A stretch of DNA of 64,000 nt from Tubulanus polymorphus (GCF_964204645.1 NC_134029.1:7652850-7716849), one strand, 5' to 3'. Shown: positions 13,201 to 26,762, counted from the first letter of the stretch. Translations and numbers: made by a program. The notes: a model not told the origin generated them from the sequence alone.

Positions 13201-14256
13201 AAGTATGTCTACACAGATATATCATATGTGATATCTAAATCTTCAAATTTTTCTATCCCCCATCAAATATTACGTATCGGCATTCGATCACAAAAAATCG
13301 ACTGTTTGTTATAATAAACTATAAACGACAATGATGTTACTATAGGGCCTAAGTCGATGCTCTTATAACCTAGTGAGGATGTGTAACGAACGGTAATATT
13401 GACAATGCGTCACAGCAAATATGTAAAAACAACTACCATGAAATAGTTAATAACTGAAACGATATCGACGCAATTGTAAATAACCGATTTAAGGCGCCAT
13501 TTATTTTGTATCATATCCATCGACTCGGCGTGCGCGGCGCAGCTTTTCTGTTGCTTTCTTCGATTCATGCCGCGTGCGGGGAGCGGTACTAGATATTTCG
13601 GCGTACAAATAAAGCGCTGATAATGTCGATAACGGAAAACATCGATCCGTTTCCTGTTCGGTAGGAGATCTTCTGCTTACAGAGCAACACAAGTCATTTA
13701 GTTATTCCAGTCAGGCGTAGTCTGTTACAGCCATACGGTCTGATGAAACAAGACGTTTTAGCAAAGCCCGCGATTCTTAAGTTTTCGGCATTCCGGACGA
13801 CGTTTCTAATCAATCAGTGTAATCACGGGAAGCGCAACGCGCGTAATGATTACAAAAAGGGAAAGTTGACACCAACCTGATGCGCCCTCGAGAATGTTTG
13901 CACGAATGAATTCGCAGCTGCCAGTTAAAAATCATTACAATATCAAATCCATTTATAGTAACTTTCGAAATCAAGGTCGTTGAATCCTATTAATATTCAT
14001 AATATATGAGTAGCATATGTAAGTTAAGTTTCACTTTTATATCCTTTCAGTACTTTAGATAGTTATGATTGTCGTAAAATGTATACCGGTATGCAAAATG
14101 ACTAATAATTAAGGATATATATATGTACACACACATACATGTTGATGTTCGTATAATCAAAGTTTGTTCAATCCAATGTCAATGCCCCAAAGTCTATTCT
14201 ATTGTCCATACTATAGCAGACTTTGCCTAGTAGATCTGGAATTTCTTGGGGGCTGT

Positions 14257-14342
14257 CTGATTTCGTCTGAGATACGCAACAATTGGCAATTACGGATTAG
14301 CATCTGTAATTGCCAATTGTCGCATATCTCAGATGAAATCAG
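14257..14342. repeat. 40-bp-arm inverted repeat (hairpin) with 6-nt loop
   Basis: ctgatttcgtctgagatacgcaacaattggcaattacgga-ttagca-tctgtaattgccaattgtcgcatatctcagatgaaatcag; 4 mismatches, all transitions. Confidence 0.9.
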
Positions 14343-14756
14343 CATTCTAAAGAATTTTGAATGGCAACTTTTTTATCATTGTCTTCAAAACCTTGGACCC
14401 TCAAATTCTCATGTAGTTTTTCATTATACTGTAGGTTTCTACTAAGTTTATATCAGACAGTCACTTGTCAATGGACGCCAAAATGTGCAATTGGCTCTCG
14501 ACCATTTTAGTCTCAGACTCTCGTCGTTTCTATTGGCTGGTATAATCAAAGGCATTGTATCAAAGTTAGCATTGCCATAGTGATGATATGTTCAGCAAAG
14601 CCACAATAAGCGAATGATGTGAAAAAAAAATTAGTTCCCGTAATCACCTTAAATCTACAAGGAGAAAGGGAAAAGATGACGTCTTAATGGAATTAGCATA
14701 CGACCTTGGGGTAAACGAGGTAATTACCGCTGCGAGCTACGTACGACACACCTTAC

Positions 14757-14813
14757 CTCGTGGATGTTGTCACCGAGTAGAAACCGCGTCCACAATCTCA
14801 ACGTGTCCTCCAT
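14757..14813 (-). CDS. Candidate alternative first coding exon MEDTLRLWTRFLLGDNIHE (phase-0 donor)
   Basis: acgATGG Kozak context, 19 open codons, GAG|gtaagg donor, CpG-rich upstream region. Confidence 0.5.
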
Positions 14814-14911
14814 CGTTTCAGTAGCGACGCGTTAAAATAGAAAACCATTTCGAAATTTCGTAAAGCAGGCATTCGAAGCAACAGTTTCGTTATTCCGGGG
14901 CCGACTTTCGG

Positions 14912-15478
14912 ATGAATCCGGGATCGAAGGAAGCTAGATATCGACGTCGTAACTTATGGATTCCCTTAGAAAAAAGAGTGAATAATCGCGACACCAAATT
15001 ACGCAATAAGTCACCTTCATATCGATGCACGTTGCCGGAGATATTTTCTATAGATTCCGCGTTCGGTAAAAATCATCGAAACCGATTCTGTTATACACCG
15101 GGCGATGACAGGCAAGATTTCCGACCCGTAGTTAATGAAAATCGACCCGCGGCTGTCAGTTGCAAGAAGTCAGCAGTGGCGGGCGATTCTTTTCCAGATC
15201 GGAGACGCAGTCAGTGTCATCCGCGTAGACACTCGTTAAAAGCGTCAGAGGAGGAGATCATCTCGTTTTTCTCGCCGTTGAAAAAGAGGTCGGCGCGCTC
15301 CTTTACCATCTCCCCGGTGATCGGTCTGAGCCCCAATGGGAAGGCAGGCTCGACGGATAAAAACGATCGAACGTCTAATTTCTGCGACGTTTCGCGAAAA
15401 AGTAGAAGTCAATTTTTGATTTACGACGATAATACGACAACGACGCTTATAGCGTGTGCGGAGAGTACATCGTTCTAG
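14912..15478 (+). CDS. Hypothetical 188-aa ORF, no recognisable domain
   Basis: Long stop-free ORF with ATG in non-repetitive, CpG-rich sequence; may be a chance ORF upstream of the minus-strand exon at 14813. Confidence 0.25.
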   Translation: MNPGSKEARYRRRNLWIPLEKRVNNRDTKLRNKSPSYRCTLPEIFSIDSAFGKNHRNRFCYTPGDDRQDFRPVVNENRPAAVSCKKSAVAGDSFPDRRRSQCHPRRHSLKASEEEIISFFSPLKKRSARSFTISPVIGLSPNGKAGSTDKNDRTSNFCDVSRKSRSQFLIYDDNTTTTLIACAESTSF

Positions 15479-17669
15479 AGACGCGCTGATTAGAGACGAC
15501 CAGACTGAGAGGGTTAACCGCCGCTACCTGGTCGAAACTAGATTAGGAAAAGCGTATCGCGTAACCGATCGGGTTCTCGAATCCTATATACGTATATATA
15601 CCCGAGTTACTCTATTGCGTCACGGCAACCGTCGATCAATTCGATATTTCACTGAACTGAATAATTCACCACGTTGCGCAAAGGTGGCCGTGAAAGTCAA
15701 TAAGATAGATCAATGACGCCGATGAAGAGTTACATACACGGAACAAAAACGCCGTCTTCGTTGTCATATAAAACAGGATCCGATCGGGATTTTACTCGCT
15801 TATTACGAAGAGCATTGTTTGTCCATTACGCGCCGGGCGTAACGGTAATCGATGGCACGGGAGATGACGAACTCCGGATTACGACGTCTTCATAAATAGA
15901 ACGGTCGAATTCTCGTCGGGATCACGATTGCGAAACGCGATCGCTCATATTTTGACGTGTAATGCTGCCGCGGGACCCGTTCGGCTGTACCTAGTCTGCG
16001 TCGCTGACTACTCCACTGTCGACTGGTATCGATACAGCTTAACCCAGCTACCCGGTGCCTACACAATGCTATACCCGGCTACTGTAAGTCCATCGTTATC
16101 CAGCCATCCGATGATTGGGACCTAGAGTTAAAACGCATACAATATTCCACCTGATAATAGCCGAAACTTTGTGGTTTCAAAATAATAAATTCTATCATTG
16201 AAAAATCGAATTTGGGGATTTCTCCAATTGTCTATGATATATCAGTTCGCACTAGGCGGTTGACCTTGCGTTCGCTACTTGGATCCAACGCGGCTGTACC
16301 CAGCAAACCAATGCATTGAGACATGCGATATACCGTACCATCATCCATTAAGTGTCACTGGAACCGATGAAGTTATATCGGACTGTTAGTTCAACAACCA
16401 CTCGCCAAACCGACGGAATTCAATGAATTATAAATTGTCAACGATACAAAATAGTCCCATTGTTTTACAAAGGCCTTCGCCGCTTGCGTTGTTCGTATAA
16501 ACCACTGTCAACAATCCATTAAACGTGCAACATGCTTAACCGCATTTCTACATTCTCTAATCGGACACGATACCCGAGGTAAGTATGATATTACTTCGAG
16601 GGCAATTCAGTGTCACTTCTTACCCGAGCGAGAAAGACGAAATAAAAATCGCGCGTTCCGCACGTTCGCTCTTATCCGCGCGGTATAGAAAGCGGGTAAG
16701 CAAAAAAATCGATCAGAAACGGTTAATGCTTCGACGATATTATTGGCGTTTTAATGGATGACGGCAGTTTTATATCCGCTACATGCGAAGAACGGTTGCC
16801 AACGATCGCGCTTTAATCCGCGCGAGTTCGTTAGGTTTTCTCGCATTAAGATACACTTTCGAAGTGGCAATTCGTGTATCCGGGCTGTAAACGTACGGGA
16901 CAATCCGGCGATACACAGTCCAATTGCGCGTGTGTGCACACGCGTGCCGCCGCCGAAAGTGGGCAAATTGAGCTGCTAATAGAGGAGGATTTAGCAATCG
17001 ACTGATGACTGATGAATGTTTTCCATCTGATAAAGAGGGAACCGAAGCAATTACGAAACCTTACATATAGCTTCCTCTTTTTCGGGATGGCCAATCGCGG
17101 CGGCGATTGACGAAGCCTACCACTCGATCTCTATATCGCGACGCGATGCGAATTTCGATCAGGTGGTTCCGCAAATAGCGCGAAAAAAAGATATGTTTCC
17201 GCGATAAGTTATTGAAATTCGAATACCCTCGCGCACGTGAATTTAAATGAATTCAAATTTTTTGTTCATCTCGTGAATTCCCAGTCAGCTGTTTCCCGTA
17301 ATTCGGGTATAAACTACGCGTATACATCGTTGCACATCCGACAAAAAGAAATTACATTTAAACGCACATTTAAACAAAAGGAATTTTTCAAAGATCTAAT
17401 CGACAATTCCCGTCGAGCCTAAAGATATAACCTAGATGAGAAAGGATATTAAATATGAAAAAACTTTATACAATGTAAATGTCATACGGTAATTGCGAAG
17501 TCAATTTTTGTTTGTTTTAAGCAATCTACTTGAGAAGGGAGTATAATTGATTATAGTGAACATTGTTTCAGATATAAATTAAGTTTAAAATGATGTACCA
17601 GCAGAATGCACCAGCAGAACGCACGCCACAAAATAATCAGCTTACTTCGAGCCAACTCAAACTTTTTCA

Positions 17670-17962
17670 TGGATACAAATTGGTATATTACCACATTTAT
17701 GGGTATGGGAAATTGATTACAAAATGGGTATAAGACCATGTTGGTTAGGATTATTGGATAACAAAATTGGTACAATTCTTGTAATGGGACATAAGGCAGT
17801 ACCAAAATTGGTATAACATTGGTATGGAATATTAGTACGATTCCATGTTGGTATGGAATATTGGGTAAAAACTAAAGTGATATAATGCCATGCGGGTATG
17901 GCAAATAAGGTTATGCCAAAATTGGTAAAATACCATGTTATTATGGGAAATTAGGTAGTACC
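17670..17962 (+). repeat. Degenerate ~40-45-bp minisatellite
   Basis: Recurring caaaattggtata..ccatgttggtatggga motifs, about 6-7 diverged units. Confidence 0.7.
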
Positions 17963-19076
17963 AAGAGAGAGGACGGGCACACACCAGATGGCGCCACAAT
18001 ACACTCAGTAATGCGTAGTGAAAATTTTGGCCTTTAGTCCCGTAAATGGAAATGTCGTTCAATAGATATAAGATTGACATTCCGAATGAGTGTATGGTAT
18101 TGTTTCTACTGGAAATCAATTTACCGAGAAAAAAAAAGCGGATTCGAATTTAATTGAAATGTAGGAGAAATTGAAGCGCAATAACCCAGTAATTACTAGC
18201 GATCCTCGCGAAATCCTCATTTGTCACAGTAGCGGTGCCGGCACCCCATTGGTAGAATACCGCATCGGTAAGTTAAGGCCAAAATTGCTACAGCGTCGCG
18301 TTGGCGTGGCATCAGATATTCATACGACGATCTCGTCAAGAAATCACTTTTCTTTTTAGACCGCGTATTTGCAATGCAGCATCGGAGCCTTTTATCTCGT
18401 TTAATGAGATTGTTTGATGGCCACGATTCCGTTCTTCGCGCAAACGTCATAAAAGAAACGACATTCACCGCCCGGCGGCGGCTACTACGAATATCGTATT
18501 ACGTAAGAAAAAGAATTATCGCTCCGTTATATCGCTCGACGGAGATACGCTAGCCGAGTGAACGCAAAAACCCATTGCAAACAAAACGAATCCTCATGAA
18601 GCGTACGTACGCTGGTGGCTTAAGAATGCCGACGCGGTTATAAACCACAAACGCGGTTATAAACCACAAACTGTTTCTTTAGTCGAGTCAGTAAGTCAAC
18701 AATTGCCGACTCTCTCGACGCGAGGAAGACAAAGTCAATAGAAGAAATCGTACGATTGACGATGAAAAAGATCATTTCATCGATGAGCGAGATTTCGATT
18801 GAGACTACGGCAGCCGAAACATTGAAAACGAACTAAATTGAACTCTTAAGTCGAAATAAACTGGGTCCTGAATACTCATCACCGGGGGCTGGTAGCGAAG
18901 TCACGGCTTAGACTCAAGACCAGCCTTGGGCCAACTTAGTTCTAAAGCCAACCTTACAACGTAAGACTAGTCTTAAGATTAAAGAACACTTTTGAACTTC
19001 AGTCACAAATGCCAACTGGGCCCAGAATACACCACTCAACTTTTCGCTTATAGAATGTGTAAGCCACATACACTAC

Positions 19077-19375
19077 AGCCAAGATCAGATGGAGACGATT
19101 TGGCCTGCACGAAGTTGGCACCGATTAGGCCGGAGTCAAATTTGGCTGTGTCTCATTAGAGAGCGCCGCGTTCACACGTAAACCACTCACTTGATACTAA
19201 ACAATGCTTAAGCAAAGCTAAGTGAGTGACTTCCTGGACCAGTTGCAATTCACACGCAATGTTTTGACTCATGCTAAAATATGGCTCGGCCTGGTCCAAT
19301 GTATTTTGTTGTGCCAAACAGGCATGGGCCCACTTGTTCCGAGCCAAAGTTGGTCCGGGCCAAGAATAGTCATGT
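19077..19375 (+). mobile_element. Diverged copy of MITE family A
   Basis: gagacgatttggcc..attagagagcgccgcgttcacacgtaaaccactcacttgatactaaacaatgc..gggcccacttgttccg. Confidence 0.8.
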
Positions 19376-19724
19376 CATCACAGCTCATAATCCAGATTTC
19401 CCTCAACCACATTCCTGAGTTGATTTTCTAAATCCAGAATGCATTCTTATCAAAACGTGAGTTTCGAAAATTGCTGTTCAAGCGATATATTCTAAATTCA
19501 ACTTCACTGACAGTTATTGTTGGAGATGAACGATAAATCATCCGAGGATGGCTTCATACACTGGTGAACTATCCCCGAGGATACATTCTAAACTGCAGAA
19601 AATGATGACAACCTTAATAAATAAACTGTACCGTGGAAAAATTAATTCTGAAATTTTCCTGAGAGTTGGGTTTAGGTATTACTATTGTCTGTACGAACCA
19701 TGTCATTTTTGTTCATGTAACAGT

Positions 19725-19992
19725 GATTCCATAGGAGCTAAAAGATAATTTTACATAATGTTTATATACATTGACACCTACTATGAGTTATTTAAGGGTT
19801 TTGTGTGAGTCGATGTGCACCACGTCATCAATATTAGCGTTTAAAAAAAATAATTACAATTTTGAATTTTGGAGTTTATTTTGTAATCGAAGGATGTGCA
19901 CTACAACATCAATATATCAAGGTTAGACTGGTTGCCAGTCAATTCAATTCAATTATCAATATACTCAAATCCCAAATAACTTTATTGATCCT
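19725..19992 (+). mobile_element. Dispersed repeat family B, copy 2
   Basis: Same ttaaggg..gatgtgcac..catcaat and caattcaattcaattatcaa blocks as the copies at 3795 and 27573. Confidence 0.75.
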
Positions 19993-20525
19993 TATTATTA
20001 CGAAGCAATATATGCGTTAAGTCAGTATTCTTTTTCAACATAACAATACTTGTACAGTATTATGTAAATTTAGATTATATATGACAAAGCTATAGCTCTA
20101 TAAAACAGTAGGCGCAAAATGTTTAGACACCTGACAGTTGTTGGCAATAGCAGAAAATTATTACTTTTTGCTTCCGCAGTTTCGGTCAACCTTATCATCG
20201 TTATAATGAGGAAATCCTCAACGGAATAAATACGACATCAGTTATTATCAAAAACGGAACTATCACGGAAAGTCTTTCAGCAGTCTTTCCCTCGTTGATG
20301 GCAACGCCAGGGAATCCTACATTTTAGTGTGTGTGTGTGTGCTTAGGATGTTGTCTAAGAATTATTTTCTGACACGATGTCAATATCTGTGCCCCGTGCA
20401 CGCAATTTGCTAGCTGCTTAGAAGACCATGCGCGTCAGATATTTTGCCGACCGTCTTTTGAAGTAAAAACCTCACAAGACGGACATCCCAGCGGGGTAGC
20501 TGCTCTTTAAATGAACAGTTATAAA

Positions 20526-20885
20526 ACTAGAATGTCACATTGCCATGTGTATGTCTCCCCGAGGCAAGCAGTTAAGGGGTAAGAAATAAAAAACAGGTAG
20601 AATTATTGGTTAAAGATGAACACAGATAAACCTGTCCTTACTCTCACATCAAGTTTCAGGGATATCCAAAGGCTGTATTGTTCTAACAAGAAATTAAAGA
20701 TAGCTGCCCTGGTGGTCATATTAATGATGGCCAATGACTTCAATTTCTTCATTTTCAATACGGGTGGACATCTCATGGACCCCAAACCTCATACAAAGTT
20801 TATCCATAAAAAATGACAGCTTGTATTGCGCTAATGAGGTCTCAAGGGTGAAATATGACGTCTCCCCACACCGGCGAGGCATACT
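20526..20885 (+). mobile_element. Probable non-autonomous Helitron/Helentron-like element
   Basis: Starts aactagaatgtc, has gtctcccc near both ends, internal caagtttca/caaagttt motifs and a GC-rich end (ctccccacaccggcgaggcata). The resemblance to invertebrate Helentron-derived repeats is from memory. Confidence 0.4.
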
Positions 20886-21532
20886 CATGATAGGGACTCA
20901 TCCCTTGGGCCTAAGAACATTGAACATTCTAGGCAAAACTACTTGGCCACCCGTGAACCTATAAATAATAACCTATCAGCCGAATTCTGACAAAGTACAA
21001 AAACTATTTTTTCTCCGTTTGATAGATGGTGAAATTATAACATGAACACCTGTTGCCACAATGTGTAAGTACTCTAAACATAAAAATCAGCATATTTCTT
21101 TCGAAACAAAAGAAAACCTGTGGCATAGTTCGGTATCTGCTTGCTTTAACATCGAAATGTAGAGGCAACATATTGTATCAGAACTAGGTTCGTACTCGCG
21201 TACATACTGTGAAGTGAAAATCATTTTCACCATATTACGACGCAGGAGCATTGTGCTTGAATTTCTGAACGCAATCGGGACCCACTCCATTAAATGGTGT
21301 GCTTTATCGTCTTTAATTCTGATCAATGTATACAGGCTTCATCGAGACGCATTATAACTGAAAATGATCAAACGAATGGACGACAAATGCCGAGACATTA
21401 TAGAAATCATCAAAGTTTCAAAACATTCACATTACGCTTGGTGAATGTCTCAGATTTCACACTGACAGTAGATGTAGTGCCATACATTATGTTTTTTTTA
21501 AATCTTAAAATAGGGACGACCCTGTTATATGT

Positions 21533-21977
21533 GCCTATTACTCCTAGAGCCCCCCCCGAATCTGCCCTGCCTATTACTCCTAAATCCGCCCGAATCCGGC
21601 CTGACTCTTTCCTTGTCTGCTACATAAAAATGGTTACAGTGGGATTCGAATCTGATAGCTTAGGATAGACTAGACATCCAAGACGTCAAAATCGGTGAGT
21701 ACTTGGAGTACAACCATTACAGATATGAGCGCTCACTTATGTCCAAGTAAGTCTGGCTGATTTCAGGGGGCAAAAAATCACGATTTTGATGGTTCACCTC
21801 ATCAAATCTTATATCATATGAAAGCCTTGACTGTTAACTATAAAATAACACCAACTTCTAATACATGAAAATCAACTGGAAATGAGCTATTTCTGTGTCG
21901 TGATGAATGTGGATTTTTCCGTGAATTTTCTGAGGAGTAATGGACGCTGTATAGTGAAATTCCTGAGTGCTAATGGG
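21533..21977 (+). mobile_element. piggyBac-like MITE family C copy with tandemly duplicated left end
   Basis: Right end gagtgctaatggg|TTAA; last ~200 bp closely match 26555-26762; left-end motif cctattactccta..cccgaatc is present twice. Confidence 0.8.
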
Positions 21978-22421
21978 TTAAATTTCACTTATGACAGACA
22001 GGGTGCATTTCAAATTCATTTCATCGCGAGCTTTTCATATAAATTCTTTTTCATCATTTCATCCAATTATGATGGTATAATATCAAAAAAATGCGAGTTT
22101 CGCCTATGATCAGATAGAATCAGCGTGATCACGACCGATCGATCGTGATCGTGATGGTAGAGCGTGTAATTAAAATTATTCGGAGCGATCACGCTGCTTT
22201 TCGAGCTGTACGACGCCGTACGAGACATCCGCAGATGTGTCCTACCGATGACAGCATATGATCAAAACGCGGCCCTTTTTGAAAAACGGGCGCATATCTG
22301 GCTAATGACCGTTATCATTTCGGAATGTTTCCGAATAACACTGCTGCTGTCACGCCGTGGGTAGCTAGCGATCGTCGAAATCTGAAAACTTGAAATTTTT
22401 TCTAAGAAAACTGATACTTAC

Positions 22422-23009
22422 GTCAGTCGAGCAGAAGCTTCCCTGACGTACAAAATTAGTCTTCTTTTCGTTCAATATGTCCGAAACGTCGAACTCGTCG
22501 GCTACGCTGGAATATGGGGTAGTGGTAGGGGTCGGCGGCAAAGATGGCGGATCGTCGCTTATTCTTTTCTTCGTTTGGTAGCTTCTGCGATCGATACCCC
22601 GTTCAACGCCGACGGTTTCTTCGCCGCCGCGACGATCGGGAAAGATCTGGTTTTTCAGTTTGTGGTATTCCCTTTCAATCTCCTCGTCGGTCGCGATGCG
22701 CCGCCTTCGCTCGGGACTCTCGGCGTAGTCGCCGTCGTCGTTGTTTCCATAGCAAAAATGACTCGCCGCCGAGTCCTTGCGACGTGGCGCCAACTTACTG
22801 AAATATTTGCTATCGCGACGCGCGACCGTCTCCTCCCGGCGTTTATTGTGATAGTACTTCAAAATATCGTTCAACTCGGAGAAGTCATGCAAACTCAAAT
22901 CCATATCGCGCGTCATCTTTTTTATATACGAACACGGCGGACATTCACAACTCGACGCGAACCCTTCGACTTCTTCGTAAGCGCCGACCTCGATGTTGCA
23001 ACCGGCCAT
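22422..23009 (-). CDS. Probable first coding exon (196 codons) of an unidentified multi-exon gene; charged and likely disordered, ends RQGSFCSTD
   Basis: aaaATGG Kozak with in-frame upstream TAA; long non-repetitive ORF; GAC|gtaagt phase-0 donor at 22421. The 275-aa + ORF here is probably its antisense shadow. Confidence 0.7.
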
Positions 23010-24515
23010 TTTCGTCGGAAACGCTTAAGCCTTACTATTTCACCTTGCCGTACTCCGCCTTCTAAATACTTTTCTCAGACCGGCACAACCTTCCAGTTTG
23101 CGCACAGGTGCTCTACCCGGATCTCGTTCCTGAATTCTGTGATTTCGACGCAAAAGATTCAGCAGCATCTAGCTGAACTCTTTAATCTTCGCTGCGGTAT
23201 CCTCGACCACAGAAGTCTTCAGCTGGACTCAGACCCACCGACTTTTTTGCACTCTTCACCGACCACGAAGGCGTTTTCGCTCACGGCGCGGCCACCGTTG
23301 GATCGAGACGCCAATAAACTTTTCCCGACCGACAAAAGAAGGCCATACTCAGAAAAACTTACTGCTAGTCCGCGGAACCATACGAATATTCGAACGCTTT
23401 GAAATCATCGAGACAGCAGCAGAAGTATTGTTCAACCGGTCGTGGAATTTCACTGTAGAGTTCCGGATGAAATCGCTCTCGGAATTGCGTTCCGTACTAT
23501 CCTCCAAAAGTCAACCGGATAAAAGATTAAAATCCTTTCCTATTAGTTAACACAAATAAAAAACGAGAGTTCCACTGGTAATCTGTTTAACAGCAGCTGT
23601 ATAGGATCGGATCAGTCCTCTATGTCAGTAACGCGCAGGGAATACACGTATAACCAGTGTATAACATAGTTATATTCAGTACTGTAACAGCTGTTTTAAT
23701 ATAGATGTCTATTTGCGCGTCATATCCGTCGTCGAATATTATTACCCGTTCTGAAATTAATTCTGAAATTAAATAACTCGTCGCTAAAGCACCTCCGAAC
23801 CTTTTGGATAAGGATTACACCCACGCAGCCATTTATTTCCTTCCTACTTTAGAATACCGCCTAGAAACTGCCCAAATCAAAAATAGCCGGTCGTGATTAA
23901 TGATAAAAATTCCATGAAATGTTTTGCTCTATTACACGTTAAGTATTAATAAAGCCCCCAGTATAATCCACGCGTTTATGCGGAACTGAATGTCAGGCAA
24001 CGGAGCCACAAGTCCTGACAATTAATACCCGCATACCTCGCTTAAAAGCAGACAGAGGTCTAAACCAGACAAAGATCACACACCTTGAACTTGATTATTC
24101 TATGGCTACAATGTACCTTCAATTATTAGTGAACTTCGTAAAGCAATAAAACCAGACAGTGAAATGAGGTATTGTTCAAATTCGATCACGACTACTAAAA
24201 TTAATCGAACTGTTGAACGCAGAATTTGTGTTGACCGCGTAGAAACTTGTGAATTTTTTTCAAACAATTCATAAGCGTTGTGAAAATATGCGGTTGCACG
24301 TGAGAGGGGAAACAGGTGGTCATACCGCTGGATAAATATCAATCCATATAGATCTATACTTATTAACGTGTATCATAATCTGTTATAGGATATAGAAAAT
24401 ACAGTCGATCGAAAAAAGAATCGTTTGCGCCTGGAATTACGATTCTCACGTCAACTAAGCTAGCTAAAGACCTATGTCGCTTCAGCTATGTGGGTTTCAA
24501 CAAGTGGAAATCATA

Positions 24516-24800
24516 AGCCGCAATCACACGTAGACGATTTGGCCCCGGCCAAATTGGCATGGATCAGGCTCGAGTCAAATTTGGCCTGTGCCTAATTAGA
24601 GAGCACACTCACTTGATACTAAACAATGTTCAAACAAAGCGGAGTGGATCATTTCCGGAACCAGTAGCAATTCAAACGCAATCATTTGTCTCGTGGTATA
24701 TATCGGCTTGGGCCAAACAGGCTTGGGCCCATTTGGCACTCGTGTGAACTTAAATTTGTCCCAGGTCAAATTTGGCCAAAACGCTCATATGATCGCCACT
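24516..24800 (+). mobile_element. MITE family A copy with both ends and ATA target-site duplication
   Basis: ATA|AGCCGCAATCACAC ... GATCGCCACT|ATA. Confidence 0.9.
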
Positions 24801-25558
24801 ATAATCCCATCGATCATTTATTGGTCATGTACTTTTACCTCTTGTACATGTGAAATCTGTAAATTGTAAATGCAAGTGCTACGAGAATTTATGTTACAAC
24901 GGTTATGAGAAAGAATATAGAAATATATATTTCGGTTTTCTCTCTCATTTTGTTATTGTCAACTATAGTCATGTAATGTTGATTTAAAGACAATAAAATC
25001 AATCGAATTGAGGTTCGAATAACAGATCTAGAAGCAAAAACGAATACCCGTTTTATTGAGGTAACATCCTTATATTGATATCACAGGTGCCACTGCAGCA
25101 AAGACCCAAACCTGTACGATATTTCCCACATTTGTTCCCATTTCGTGGAAATTCAACACCCAAACCTGCACCAGCATCTGTACCCATTTGGTGGCAAGTT
25201 AGCCTACGAGCTACGAAGGTTGAATTTTTTGTTTATTCTAAAACCACATTTGAGGTGAAATGAGATTTTTTCTAGAACGCAGAATTATATCACATAATAT
25301 GTTACTCTCCACAGATGGTTGAGTAATTTAAGAATGCCACAATAACAACAGATCATATAACTGGACGTATTGGCAATTGTAATAAGAAACTGGAAGCAAT
25401 ACTCAACACAATGGTTTACAGTACTTATAGCACATGGTGCCGGTGACAAAGATACATATGAGACAAAATATGATCAATGTTTAAATGTCTTGCATGTGTA
25501 CGCTAACTAGGGGTTCAGGGATGCCATGATGCTGCTTCATACTTGTCAATCGGACAAA

Positions 25559-25863
25559 CGCTGCGATCACATGAGCATTTTTGGCCCCGGAACACCTGTT
25601 CACACGGGAGCCAAATGAGCCTGTGCCTGTTCGGCTCTACCCAAACGTTGTACCAGACCTGAGCTGAATTTTAGCGCGGGTCAAATTCTTGCACGTGAAT
25701 TGCTACAGATTCCAAAGTGACTTACTTTACTTAAGCATTGTTTAGTATGGAGTGAGTGGTTAACGGGTGAATGCGCTCTCTGATTAGGCACAGGCCAAAT
25801 ATGACCCAAGCCTGATTCGTGCCAATTTGGCCTCAGCCAAATCGTCTCTGTGTGATCATGGCT
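25559..25863 (-). mobile_element. MITE family A copy (reverse orientation)
   Basis: cgctgcgatcacatg ... gcattgtttagtatggagtgagtggtt ... gtgtgatcatggct. Confidence 0.85.
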
Positions 25864-26409
25864 AATTGATTGAAGAGCTTTCAAAGTTTCCTTTAAAAAA
25901 CTTCAAAACTGGTTGCACAAAATCGGGCACTTTCCCATTGATCCAATTGAAATTGAAGACTTTCCGGGACCCTGGATAGATTTTGGAAATGAAATGATTT
26001 CGGAGAAGAACCACTGCAAAAGGAGCGTATCCCTGACTTCAGCGCAAACACACAGGACTAAGACGTGGATGGAATTAGCTGGTATAGTATGCATTCACCT
26101 GTAGCTCAGTAAATGGATTAATTCGATCTAGAGAATGTGTCACCCTCAGGGGGCCTTCACAAACTCTAGTCGTATAGCCTGTGAAAATAATGTAACTGCA
26201 CTCACGAGAATCTTCAGAACATCTTTCAACGTTGACACGCTGTCGCCAAAATGATGATGAATATTTCTCCCGGGGACAAATATATTTTCAGAATTTTCAT
26301 TCCCGGGATGTCTGTCGTAATACAGGCGAGGAAGGTATCAGGAAGACCTTTGTTCTTAATTCCATTCGAGATTTCAAAAACTAATTCTTCTAAATTCCAT
26401 CCGGTTTAA

Positions 26410-26762
26410 CCCATTAGCCCTAAAACCGCCCGATACCGCCCTGACCCAAAAAGCCAAAGAAATCAACATCTTTCTAGTTGAAATTCTTTGGAATATTTGG
26501 AGTATGTACATGATAAATCAGAGCGGACACTTATAATATATGTCTGGGCAAAAGGTTACGATTTTGGTGGTCCACCTCATCAAATCTAATACCATATTAA
26601 GAAAGCCTTGACTATTTATTACAAAATAACACAAACCTGTAGGCTAATACATGAAAATCAACTGGAAATGAGCTATTCTGTATCGTGATGAATGTGGATT
26701 TTCCTATGAATTTTCTGAGGAGTTATAGACACTAAATAGTGAAATTCTTGAGTGCTAATGGG
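26410..26762 (+). mobile_element. Complete piggyBac-like MITE (family C), 353 bp
   Basis: TTAA|CCCATTAGC ... GCTAATGGG|TTAA; a TTAA target duplication with CCC/GGG termini is a piggyBac hallmark. Confidence 0.88.

Noticed and set aside
22575-23402. 275-aa plus-strand ORF
   Set aside because: Non-ATG start and largely the antisense shadow of the better-supported minus-strand exon.
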